This document shows, piece by piece, positions 37,767-45,912 of a DNA stretch of 64,000 nucleotides (positions within the stretch are counted from its first letter, which is position 1; each line of letters begins with the position of its first letter). Position numbers and translations under genes: made by a program. This DNA comes from Thermoplasmata archaeon (GTDB taxonomy: Archaea > Thermoplasmatota > Thermoplasmata > Lutacidiplasmatales > UBA184). The stretch is from the NCBI GenBank assembly GCA_030043855.1, contig JASHWW010000005.1:9088-73087 (forward strand). Reading direction: 5' to 3'. The notes beneath the pieces were generated by a model that was given only the letters and a program-made list of their open reading frames with translations, was not told the DNA's origin and did no database searches.

Positions 37767-38336
37767 TCACGCGGTGCGCGATCGGGCGTGACGGCGGGCC
37801 AGGAATTCGCCCGCCCGCCGGACCGCTCGGGCCCGGTGGGAGATCGCATTCTTCCGCTCCGCCGGTACCTGCCCGAACGTCCGGTCCCAGCCGGTGGGTA
37901 TGAAGATCGGGTCGTAGCCGAACCCGTGCGATCCGGCGGCCCGCCGGGCGATCGTTCCGTGGACGTCGCCTCGGAAGAGGTAGGTCCGTCGGCCGACCCG
38001 AAGCGCCGCCACGGTACGGAAGTACGCCCGCCGGTTCCGGCGCTCCAGCAGCTCGAAGATCGGGCGAAATTTCCAGATGCGCAGGAAATGGGCCGAGTAG
38101 ACGCCCGGAAAACCTCCGAGCGACGGGATGAACAGTCCGGAGTCCTCGACGAGCACCGGTCCCGGGATGTCGCGGGTCGCCCGAAGCTTCGATCGGACGA
38201 CCTCCTCGAGGGTCTCCGCCTGAGGCTCCGGAAGGGTGCGGCGAATCCAGCGCACCTCGACCCCGTACGGACGGAGTACGGCGCGGACCTCGCGCGCCTT
38301 TCCCGGATTGGTGCTGACGAACGTCACCCGGCGCAC
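37767..38336 (-). CDS. rdgB: Non-canonical purine NTP pyrophosphatase (Ham1/RdgB ITPase)
   Basis: VTFVSTNPGKAREV...LVEDSGLFIPSLGGFPGVYSA...FGYDPIF. GTG start. Confidence 0.8.
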   Translation of the reverse strand: MRRVTFVSTNPGKAREVRAVLRPYGVEVRWIRRTLPEPQAETLEEVVRSKLRATRDIPGPVLVEDSGLFIPSLGGFPGVYSAHFLRIWKFRPIFELLERRNRRAYFRTVAALRVGRRTYLFRGDVHGTIARRAAGSHGFGYDPIFIPTGWDRTFGQVPAERKNAISHRARAVRRAGEFLARRHARSRTA

Positions 38337-38346
38337 GGTCCGACGC

Positions 38347-38886
38347 CTACCACGGGTATTCGTCGTACGCGAAGATCTCGTCCGGGCTCTTGCGGCCGTC
38401 CCCGTTGTTCGTCCCCGACGCGCCGTTCGTCTCCGCCGGGAAGCCGATCGGGATGACGGCGATCGGGTGGATCCCCTCCGGGACGCGCAGCACCGACCGG
38501 ACCTTCTGTTCGTTGAACTCGACCAACCAGTTCGTGCCCAACCCTTCCGAGGTGGCGGCGAGCTGCAGGTGGTCGACCGCCACCGCGACGTCGAGCGGGT
38601 ACGCGGAGATGTAGCCCCCGACGGTGACCGGAATGTCCTCCTCGACGGCGAACGCCACGATCACGGCCGGGGCCTCGGCGATCAGGCGGCCCCGATTGGA
38701 CGCCTGAGCGAGCAGGCGCTTCTGCTCGTCATCGCGGACCACCACGAACCGCCACGGCTGGAGGTTGTGCTGGCTGGGCGCGAGGCGCGCCGCCGCGAGG
38801 ACGGCCTTGAGCTTCTCCGGCGGGATGGGCCGGGGATGGTACGATAGGCACGGCCGGTAGGAGCGAATCGCGTCGAGAACGTCCAT
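38347..38886 (-). CDS. Nitroreductase-family protein
   Basis: RPCLSYHPRPIPPEKLKAVLAAARLAPSQHNLQPWRFVVV is the nitroreductase N-terminal signature. FMN-binding fold. Confidence 0.75.
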   Translation of the reverse strand: MDVLDAIRSYRPCLSYHPRPIPPEKLKAVLAAARLAPSQHNLQPWRFVVVRDDEQKRLLAQASNRGRLIAEAPAVIVAFAVEEDIPVTVGGYISAYPLDVAVAVDHLQLAATSEGLGTNWLVEFNEQKVRSVLRVPEGIHPIAVIPIGFPAETNGASGTNNGDGRKSPDEIFAYDEYPW

Positions 38887-39114
38887 TGAGACAAACCGAA
38901 AACAGGTCAGAGACGCGGGGTTCGGGGGTTACCCCTCCGCCGGGTGGCGTGCCATTCACGGATGCGAGGGTCGTCCCGAATAAAAACGTTTGGCCAACCC
39001 TCCGTTCTCGCCGGAAAACCGCCCCTCCGCTGTCGTTGCCCGCACGCCGCTCCCCTCGGGGACTTCCGACTTTGAACCAATTCCTTAAACCGTCGGACCG
39101 ACTACTCGGCGACC

Positions 39115-39393
39115 GTGGGGCTCGCCGACCTCTTCGTGGCCGTCCTGATCGTCGGGATCTCGTGCATCAACGCGGCCGTCCCGTCGGCCGCCTTCGGACG
39201 GTCGCGCGATCCTCGGTTTCTCGTGCTCGCCGGCGCGAACGCCGTCTTCGCGGTCGTCGGGCTCCTCTGGGCGTGGGCCCAGCTGCCCCTCGGGCCCCCC
39301 GCGGGGCTCGGCGTCGACTTGCCGGTCGCCGTCCTGGTCCTCCTCGCCACGCTCCTCCTCCTCGCGACCACGTTGTGGCCCCGACGCGACTGA
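39115..39393 (+). CDS. Small membrane protein (92 aa, 2-3 TM)
   Basis: GLADLFVAVLIVGISCINAAV...FAVVGLLWAWAQL...VAVLVLLATLLLLATTLW. GTG start. Its stop overlaps the next ATG. TATA-like ttccttaaac sits about 28 nt upstream. Confidence 0.4.
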   Translation: MGLADLFVAVLIVGISCINAAVPSAAFGRSRDPRFLVLAGANAVFAVVGLLWAWAQLPLGPPAGLGVDLPVAVLVLLATLLLLATTLWPRRD

Positions 39394-39396
39394 GCG

Positions 39397-39924
39397 ATGG
39401 AGGACGACCCGCTCGCCCTCGCCACGCGGCGCCGAATCTACGAGGCGGTGCGTCGGGCGCCGGGCGCCGGAGCGCGCGAGACCCAGCGCGCGGCCGGAAC
39501 CGGCTGGGGCGAGACGACGTACCATCTCGACCGGCTCACCGACGCGGGACTCGTGCACCGGGAGCGGAGTGGCCACCAGGACCACTACTTCGTCGCGGAC
39601 GTTCCGCTCGGGGACCGGCGGCTGCTCGGCCTCACGCGGTCCGCTTCGGCCCGGCGACTGTTGGTCACCCTCCTCGAGACTGACGAACCGACGATTCCCG
39701 AACTGACCGACCGCACCGGCCTGAGCGAGGGCCGCCTCTCGGTCCACCTGCGTCGTATGATCGAGACCGGAGTGGTCCGCACGGGCCGGCGGGAGCGGTG
39801 GAGGACGTTCGAGCTCGTCGACCGCGAGCGGGTCCGTCGCCTCCTCGTCACCTACCGGGACGGTCTCGGCGACTCGGCGATCGAAGGGGTCCTGGCGGCG
39901 TGGTCGGAGCTGTTCCGACCGTGA
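39397..39924 (+). CDS. Winged-helix (ArsR-like) transcriptional regulator, two tandem wHTH-like repeats
   Basis: RRRIYEAVRRAPGAGARETQRAAGTGWGETTYHLDRLTDAGLVHRE and RRLLVTLLETDEPTIPELTDRTGLSEGRLSVHLRRMIETGVVRT. Confidence 0.6.
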   Translation: MEDDPLALATRRRIYEAVRRAPGAGARETQRAAGTGWGETTYHLDRLTDAGLVHRERSGHQDHYFVADVPLGDRRLLGLTRSASARRLLVTLLETDEPTIPELTDRTGLSEGRLSVHLRRMIETGVVRTGRRERWRTFELVDRERVRRLLVTYRDGLGDSAIEGVLAAWSELFRP

Positions 39925-40000
39925 ACCGGCGGGTTTGGACCAACGGATTCCGCCCTTGAACCAAAAACGGGGTGGTCGTCCTCCGCCCTGCTTCCTCCCG

Positions 40001-40981
40001 ATGACGAACGGGATGCGCCGCTCCGGGCGCCTCGGCGCGCGGTTCCCCCGGCGCGCTGCGATGCCGATCGCCGTCCTCCTCGGAGTCGCCGTCCTGTTCG
40101 TCGTTCCCACGGGCGCGATCGCCGGCGCTCCCACCACGGTCTGGGGAGGGTCCTCCGCGTCCTGGACCAACGGCCTGGTCCTGTGCGTGTTCGCCCCGTC
40201 CGCCCCGTCCGTCGGCGCGTCGGCGCTGGCCCGCCCGAACACCGGGATGACCTTGTCCGTCGAGTCGATGGCCGAAGTCTCCAGCGGCGGTTCGACCGTG
40301 GCCTCCGCCGACCTCGCCAACGCGACGTGGTCCGTGGCGAATCTCTCGTCCGACGACGCCTACGACCTGGCGTACTTCGCGAACGCCTCCGTCATCGGGG
40401 CGGGCGCCGCCGCCGACGGCACCGTGGCGATGCAGGTCCAGTTCGTCCTTCCGGCGTACGCGGAGGAGGGAGCCCCCGCGCCGAACGCCGTCGTCGTCGC
40501 GCTCAACGTCTCGGGATGGCCCTGGCAGGCCCCCACCGACCATCTGATCCTCACGTTCGCCGCGCAGCCGTCGTTCCCCACGGCCGAGCACCTCATCCTC
40601 GGTGCGGCCGGTGGGCCCCTGGTCGCGGGCGCCTCGACGAGTTCGGGGGCGACCTTCGAACAGCTGTTCGGCGCCGCGTCGGCCAACGCGACGCCCGCCG
40701 GCGGCGGAACGGTCGCAGTGCCGGCGACCGCCACCGTCGCCGGGAGTTCCGCCGCCGCGACTGTGTCGGTCGCGTTCGGCGACTCCGCCGGCGCGTACTC
40801 CGCCCTCTCCTACGCGGCCCAGGTCACGATCGTCTTTCCCCCATCGATCGCCGGCATCCCGACGGTCGACCTGGTTGCCGTCGGCGCGGCCGCGGCCGTG
40901 GTCTCCCTGGTGCTCGCGGCGGGCGTCCGTCGGATTCGGCGGGGCCCGTCCAACCTGACCTACGTGGAGGAGGAACCGTGA
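40001..40981 (+). CDS. Hypothetical cell-surface protein (signal peptide, Ala/Gly/Ser-rich, C-terminal TM anchor, about 6 N-x-S/T sequons)
   Basis: MTNGMRRSGRLGARFPRRAAMPIAVLLGVAVLFVVPTGAIAGAP...IPTVDLVAVGAAAAVVSLVLAAGVRRIRRG. Sequons: NATW, NLSS, NASV, NVSG, NATP, NLTY. Confidence 0.5.
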   Translation: MTNGMRRSGRLGARFPRRAAMPIAVLLGVAVLFVVPTGAIAGAPTTVWGGSSASWTNGLVLCVFAPSAPSVGASALARPNTGMTLSVESMAEVSSGGSTVASADLANATWSVANLSSDDAYDLAYFANASVIGAGAAADGTVAMQVQFVLPAYAEEGAPAPNAVVVALNVSGWPWQAPTDHLILTFAAQPSFPTAEHLILGAAGGPLVAGASTSSGATFEQLFGAASANATPAGGGTVAVPATATVAGSSAAATVSVAFGDSAGAYSALSYAAQVTIVFPPSIAGIPTVDLVAVGAAAAVVSLVLAAGVRRIRRGPSNLTYVEEEP

Positions 40982-41193
40982 CGAACGAGGAGCGCGAAGC
41001 GTCGACGTTCGCCGACTGGACCGTGCGCCTGGAGTGCGGCCACCGCGTGGCCGTCCCGTACGGAGTGGCGGTTCCGGCCATGGCAGCCTGCCTCGTCCAT
41101 CACCAGGAGGTCTGTCCCCAGGACGCCTTTGCCGATCCCGCCGAGTTCGGGGTCGCCCTCCCGATCCCCCGGGGGGCGTCGTTCCCATGAGCG
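40978..41193 (+). CDS. Small Cys/His-rich protein (71 aa)
   Basis: VTNEEREASTFADWTVRLECGHRVAVPYGVAVPAMAACLVHHQEVCPQD. GTG overlaps the upstream stop (GTGA) and its stop overlaps the cupredoxin ATG. Translationally coupled, but there is no homology evidence. Confidence 0.3.
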
Positions 41194-41816
41194 ACCGATC
41201 CCGGGTTGGACCTGGCCGGACCCTCGCGGTCCTCACGGGGGCGGCGCTCCTGCTCTTGACCCTGCTGGCCGCCCGGGGCGTAGGCGTCGCCGCGGCCGCC
41301 TCTCCGGCGGCCTCCCCCGCGGCCGAGTTCGTCAACGTTAGCGCGACGAGTGTCCTTTCGTTCCAGCCGGGATCGTTCGATGTTCTCCCGGGCGCCACCG
41401 TCCACCTCGTCGTGACCCAGCTCGCGAATTTCAACCACACGTTCACGCTCTCGTCGGTCGTCAACGTCACGATCCCGAGCACCGACAACGCGAGCGCCGT
41501 CGCCGCGTTCTTCAACGCGCATCCCCCGATCGTCAACCTCTCGCTCGGCTCGACGGTCGGCACCGAGTTTTCGGACACGTTCGTCGCGCCGTCGACCCTC
41601 GGGGCGTACGAGTTCGTCTGCCTGATCCACTTCCCCACGATGATCGGAGAGATGCAGGTCGTGGCGACCTTGCCCGGGCCGTCCAGCACGACCTCGGCGA
41701 TCTCGACCACCGAGCTCGTGGCGATCGGGGTGGGACTCCTCGTGGTCGTCGTCGTGATCGTGCTCGTGGTTCGATCTCGCAAGCGCCGCGCGGGTGGCAA
41801 GACTCCCCCGGCCTAG
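41187..41816 (+). CDS. Membrane-anchored cupredoxin (halocyanin/plastocyanin-like type 1 blue copper protein)
   Basis: Signal peptide, then NFNHTFTL (His ligand), then YEFVCLIHFPTMIGEM (Cys-x2-His-x4-Met), then a C-terminal TM GVGLLVVVVVIVLVV. Multiple N-x-S/T sequons. Confidence 0.7.
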   Translation: MSDRSRVGPGRTLAVLTGAALLLLTLLAARGVGVAAAASPAASPAAEFVNVSATSVLSFQPGSFDVLPGATVHLVVTQLANFNHTFTLSSVVNVTIPSTDNASAVAAFFNAHPPIVNLSLGSTVGTEFSDTFVAPSTLGAYEFVCLIHFPTMIGEMQVVATLPGPSSTTSAISTTELVAIGVGLLVVVVVIVLVVRSRKRRAGGKTPPA

Positions 41817-41838
41817 TCCCGCGTCGCATGGGGAGGCG

Positions 41839-43779
41839 GCCGTGGCAGTCCCCTGGAGCGTCTCCCCGGAGCCGATCCGGGAACTCTCGGGCGGCGTGGT
41901 CGCCTACAACGAGGAGGCGAACCTGCGCGGCGCGGTCCGGTCGCTCCTGGACCAGCACCTCCCCGACGGGGTTCGCTGGAGGAACGTCTGGGTCGTCGCG
42001 AGCGGATGCACGGACGGGACCGTCGGCGTGGCCGAGACCCTCGCGTCGGAAGATCCGCGCATCCGCGTCCTGGTCGAGTCCGACCGGGGCGGGAAGGCGC
42101 GGGCCCTCGGCGCCGTGTTCGCCCGCGCCGAGGGAGATGCGCTCGTCCTGCTGAACTCCGACGCCCGGGCCGAGCCGGGGGCCGTCGCCCACCTGGTCTC
42201 GGTCGCGTCCGGGAAGTCCGCCCCCTACGCGGTGATGGGGCGGCCGGTGGTCCCCGCGACGGTCGGCGGCCCGTGGTCCCCGATGCTGCGGTGGATGTGG
42301 GAGCTGCACCACGAGTTCCACCTCGAACTGCTGGCCGACGGACGGGGCGGCCACCTCTCCGACGAGCTGTTGCTGCTGAGCCTCCCGACGGTCGTTCCAC
42401 CGCCGGCAGGAACCATCAACGACGGGTCGTACCTCGCCGTCTGGTTGGCGCAGCACGCCGGGGGTCGGTGGTACGCCCCGGACGCTCGCGTTGCGATCCA
42501 GATCCCGTCCCGGCTGAGGGACCATCTGCACCAGCGCCGGCGGATCCACGTCGGCAACGGACAGGTCGCTTCGCTGCTCCGCACACCGCCGGCCACGATC
42601 CCCGAGCAATTCTTCCGACGGCCCGCGGCGACGCTGCGCCTGCTGCGCCGTCTGCTGGCGCGACCGAACGGAGTCCGGGACTTCGGTCGACTCGCCGCAG
42701 CGGAACTCGCCTCGTACGGCCTCGCCGCGTGGGACCTCTTGCCCCCACGACGCGATCACGTCCGCTGGCAACGGATTGAGCTGCCGTCGTCCGGATCGGC
42801 GCCCTCCGCTCCGGCCGAGTCGGAGACCCGGGACTCCGACGGGACGGAACGACGGGTCGCGGCGATGCTCCGCGTGGCGCGACAGTTCGACACGGGACTC
42901 GACCTCGCACGACTTCGGGACCTCCTTCCCGCCGACGGGCCCGCGACCCCGGCGGCCGTCGAGCGCTGGATCCTCGAGCGGCCCACGATCGGGCGACTGG
43001 ACGCGGGGCGCATCTTTGCCCCCGAGGCCGAGGGCCGAGGGACGGCGGACCGGGAGCGGCGCGCGGCGGCGTACCGTCGGTACGCGACCGCGGTCGTGGA
43101 AGGCCCGCTCGGCTTCGCCGCCCCCCTGGTCCGATGCGTCGGCGTGAGCGGGTCGGTCGCGTACGGCGAAGCGCGCCCCGGCGATGACCTCGACCTGTTC
43201 GTGGTGCCGCGGACCGGTGCCCTCTGGTGGTTCCTGCTCCGCGCGTACGTCCACCTGCGTCTCGCGCCGCCCGTCGCGGTGGACGGCGAACGGCCCGAGG
43301 TCTGCCTGAACTACGTGGTGGAGGACGCGTCCGCGGCTCGGGAGTTCGCGGCCCGCGACGGACTGCTCTACGCGCGCGAGGCGCTCTCCGTCCGCGCGAT
43401 CGCGGGCGATCCGTACTACCGCGGGCTCCTCGCATCGGCCCCGTGGATGCGCTCCGAGCTTCCCCGTCTGTGGGACCAGCGGAGCGCGGACCCCGGGGGG
43501 ATCGACCCCCAACCCGCCCCGCGGGGGATCCGGCTGCTCAACGCGCTCGTCTTCCCGTTCCTCGCCACGTACCTGCAGCTGGTCGGTCTGGTCCGGAGCT
43601 CGCACGGACGCCGCGCCCGTGGAGCCGATGGCGAGTTCCGGACCGAAACCGCGCTCCACCGGGTCGCGTTCGCTTCGCGACGGTTCGAGCGGCTCCGGTC
43701 GGACTACGGCGAGCGCCGATCCGTGGACTCGCCGGCCGATGCGACGCCGGCCCCGTCGGGGGCTCCGGCGGCCCGGTGA
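41839..43779 (+). CDS. Family-2 glycosyltransferase fused to a C-terminal Pol-beta-type nucleotidyltransferase-like domain
   Basis: N-terminal GGVVAYNEEANLRGAVRSLL...ASGCTDGTVGVAETL...LLNSDARAEPG is a GT-A/GT2 DxD-type fold. C-terminal CVGVSGSVAYGEARPGDDLDLFVV matches the hG[GS]x9-13DhDh NTase motif. Start is uncertain: GTG at 41794 or 41839. Confidence 0.6.
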   Translation, partial: AVAVPWSVSPEPIRELSGGVVAYNEEANLRGAVRSLLDQHLPDGVRWRNVWVVASGCTDGTVGVAETLASEDPRIRVLVESDRGGKARALGAVFARAEGDALVLLNSDARAEPGAVAHLVSVASGKSAPYAVMGRPVVPATVGGPWSPMLRWMWELHHEFHLELLADGRGGHLSDELLLLSLPTVVPPPAGTINDGSYLAVWLAQHAGGRWYAPDARVAIQIPSRLRDHLHQRRRIHVGNGQVASLLRTPPATIPEQFFRRPAATLRLLRRLLARPNGVRDFGRLAAAELASYGLAAWDLLPPRRDHVRWQRIELPSSGSAPSAPAESETRDSDGTERRVAAMLRVARQFDTGLDLARLRDLLPADGPATPAAVERWILERPTIGRLDAGRIFAPEAEGRGTADRERRAAAYRRYATAVVEGPLGFAAPLVRCVGVSGSVAYGEARPGDDLDLFVVPRTGALWWFLLRAYVHLRLAPPVAVDGERPEVCLNYVVEDASAAREFAARDGLLYAREALSVRAIAGDPYYRGLLASAPWMRSELPRLWDQRSADPGGIDPQPAPRGIRLLNALVFPFLATYLQLVGLVRSSHGRRARGADGEFRTETALHRVAFASRRFERLRSDYGERRSVDSPADATPAPSGAPAAR

Positions 43780-43787
43780 GTCGAACG

Positions 43788-44729
43788 ATGGCGACCGCCT
43801 CGATCAGCGATTACGAAGGGTTCGATTTCGCATCGCTCTGGCATCGTCGCGAACGGGTGACCGAGGTCGAGCAGCGGTTCCTCGTGGCGGCCCTCGCCGG
43901 CGCCGATCGTCGTCGGGTTCTCGAGCTCGGGGCCGGGTTCGGCCGCTTGACTCCGACCCTCGCCCGGATCGGGGGAGAGGTGGTCGCGACGGACTTCGAC
44001 CGGGGCAGCCTCGAGCGGATGCGGACCGCCGAGGGCAGCGCGCCCCGGTTCGTCCGCATCGCAGCGAACCTGTACCACCTCCCGTTCGTCGACGGCGCGT
44101 TTCCGGCCGCCACGATGGTTCGGGTCTACCATCATCTCGACGACCCGGTCGCCGCGCTCTCCGAGTTGCGTCGCGTCCTCGCCCCGGGCGGGCAGGTGCT
44201 CGTCTCGTACAACCCGAAGCCGTCCGTGGGCACGCTGGTCAACGATATCCAGCGCGCCCTCCGTCCGACCGCCGAGTTCCGGTCGATCACGTTCTCCCGG
44301 GAGCGCCATCTCGAGCTGCCGCCCGATCCGTTTCCCGTCCACGTGGGCCCGCGCGCCGAGTTCGCCGACGTCGTCCGGTCCGCCGGGTTCGCGATCGCGT
44401 CGGAGCGCGTTTCCGGCCTCGAGGAGTACTACCTGATGCGCTTCGTTCCGGCGGAGGTCTTCGTCCGGGTCGGTACCGCCCTCGGCCGCGCTCCGGGGTT
44501 CCCGATGCGATTCGCCTTGCTGCGGGCCCCCGGCGCTCCCCCCGGACGTCTGGTCCCGGCGTCCGAGCTACTCGCTTGCCCCCGCTGCCGCGCTCCCGTC
44601 GCGGGGACCGAGGCGGGGGCGGCGTGCTCGTCGTGCGGGTTCTTCGGCGAGGCACGCGACGGGGTCCTCGACCTGCGGTACGTCCCGGACGGAGCGACCC
44701 GGTGGCGGGGAGCCGGACATGCTCGCTGA
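43788..44729 (+). CDS. Class I SAM-dependent methyltransferase with a C-terminal Cys4 zinc ribbon
   Basis: RVLELGAGFGRLTPTL (motif I), VATDFD (motif II), then ACPRCRAPVAG...CSSCGFFG (Trm112-like ribbon). Confidence 0.7.
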   Translation: MATASISDYEGFDFASLWHRRERVTEVEQRFLVAALAGADRRRVLELGAGFGRLTPTLARIGGEVVATDFDRGSLERMRTAEGSAPRFVRIAANLYHLPFVDGAFPAATMVRVYHHLDDPVAALSELRRVLAPGGQVLVSYNPKPSVGTLVNDIQRALRPTAEFRSITFSRERHLELPPDPFPVHVGPRAEFADVVRSAGFAIASERVSGLEEYYLMRFVPAEVFVRVGTALGRAPGFPMRFALLRAPGAPPGRLVPASELLACPRCRAPVAGTEAGAACSSCGFFGEARDGVLDLRYVPDGATRWRGAGHAR

Positions 44730-45912
44730 CGCGCGTCCGCCCGGCTCGGACGCCGAGCTTCCGCACCTGGAGCTCGTTCGGGAGAGCGGGCGCCTCCCGC
44801 TCGGGTTCGTGTCCGACGGCGCCGATGTCCTCCTGATCGCCCGGGATCGATCGGCGCGGTGGCCGACCGAGATCCTCCGGGACGGAGCGGTGGAGCTGGC
44901 GGTCGGAGAGCGGCAGGTCCGCGGCGCTCCGGAGCTCGTCACGGACCCGGACGAAAAGCAGCGGGCGACGAGCCTGTTCCGGGCGAAGTACGGAGCGGTC
45001 GGATTCGAGAAGTGGTACTCGCATCCGGCCCGGATCGTCCGGGTGGTCGTGGGGGACGGACCGCCGTCGGTCGACCCGCCGGGTCAGTACCGCCGATGGC
45101 TGGAGGCGGAATTCGACAACGTCGCCGACGACTACGATCGACACATCACCGGCAACCGCGTCAACCGATTGCTCCGGGACCGGTCGCTGGCGGAGCTGCG
45201 CCGGGCATTCCGCGGCCGCCACCGGCTGCTCGAGATCGGGTGCGGCTCGGGGATGGAGACGCTGCCGTTGCTGGAGGACGGGCACGAGCTCGTCTGCGTC
45301 GACCTCTCGGCCCGGATGCTGGACGTGGTCCGGGCGAAGGCGCGGGCGGCCGGCCGCTCCGAGGCTCTGACCACGTTTCGGTCGACCGCGGGCGACCTCT
45401 CGCGACTCACGCCGGACCTCGGCGAGGGCGCGGTCGATGGGGCCTACTCGACGTACGGCGCGTTGAACTGCGAGGCGCACCTCGACCGGGTGGCGCTCGC
45501 CCTCGGCGGCCTGCTGCCCGCCGGAGCCCCGTTCGTGGCGGGGGTCTACAACCGCTGGTGCCTCTTCGAGCTCGCGGGCTACGGGCTGACCGGTCGTCTG
45601 CGTCGCGCGTTCGGGCGCACCGGCTCGCCCGTTCCGGTCGGCGCTTCCCGGTTCTGCGTCGACGTCTTCGCGTACTCCTGGCCCGAGTTCCGTCGCCGGT
45701 TCGCCCCCTGGTTCGAGGTCCGGCGGGTCGAGGCGGTCCCCGTCCTGCTGCCGCCGTCGGACCTCGCCGGATACGCCGATCGGTTCGATCGGGGGTGGGC
45801 CGCGCTGCGGCGGCTCGACGCGGCGGTCGGGCAGCGGTGGCCGTTCTTTGGGTTCGGCGACCACTTCCTCGCGACGTTCGCCCGACGTGCGGGGCCGTCG
45901 GGAGCCGGATGA
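44719..45912 (+). CDS. Fusion of a deazaflavin(F420)-dependent nitroreductase-like (PNPOx/DUF385-like) domain and a class I SAM methyltransferase
   Basis: N-terminal DVLLIARDRSARWPTEILRDGAVELAVGERQVRGAPELVTDPDEKQRATSLFRAKYG resembles the small split-barrel F420-binding family. C-terminal RLLEIGCGSGMETLPL...LVCVDLS is MTase motif I/II. ATG overlaps the upstream stop. Confidence 0.6.
   Translation: MLADARPPGSDAELPHLELVRESGRLPLGFVSDGADVLLIARDRSARWPTEILRDGAVELAVGERQVRGAPELVTDPDEKQRATSLFRAKYGAVGFEKWYSHPARIVRVVVGDGPPSVDPPGQYRRWLEAEFDNVADDYDRHITGNRVNRLLRDRSLAELRRAFRGRHRLLEIGCGSGMETLPLLEDGHELVCVDLSARMLDVVRAKARAAGRSEALTTFRSTAGDLSRLTPDLGEGAVDGAYSTYGALNCEAHLDRVALALGGLLPAGAPFVAGVYNRWCLFELAGYGLTGRLRRAFGRTGSPVPVGASRFCVDVFAYSWPEFRRRFAPWFEVRRVEAVPVLLPPSDLAGYADRFDRGWAALRRLDAAVGQRWPFFGFGDHFLATFARRAGPSGAG

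Noticed and set aside
41794-41838. GTG at 41794 as the start of the GT2-NTase gene
   Set aside because: It would overlap the last 23 nt of the cupredoxin gene. The GTG at 41839 starts just before the conserved GT2 N-terminus. Either is possible, so the downstream one was reported with reduced confidence.
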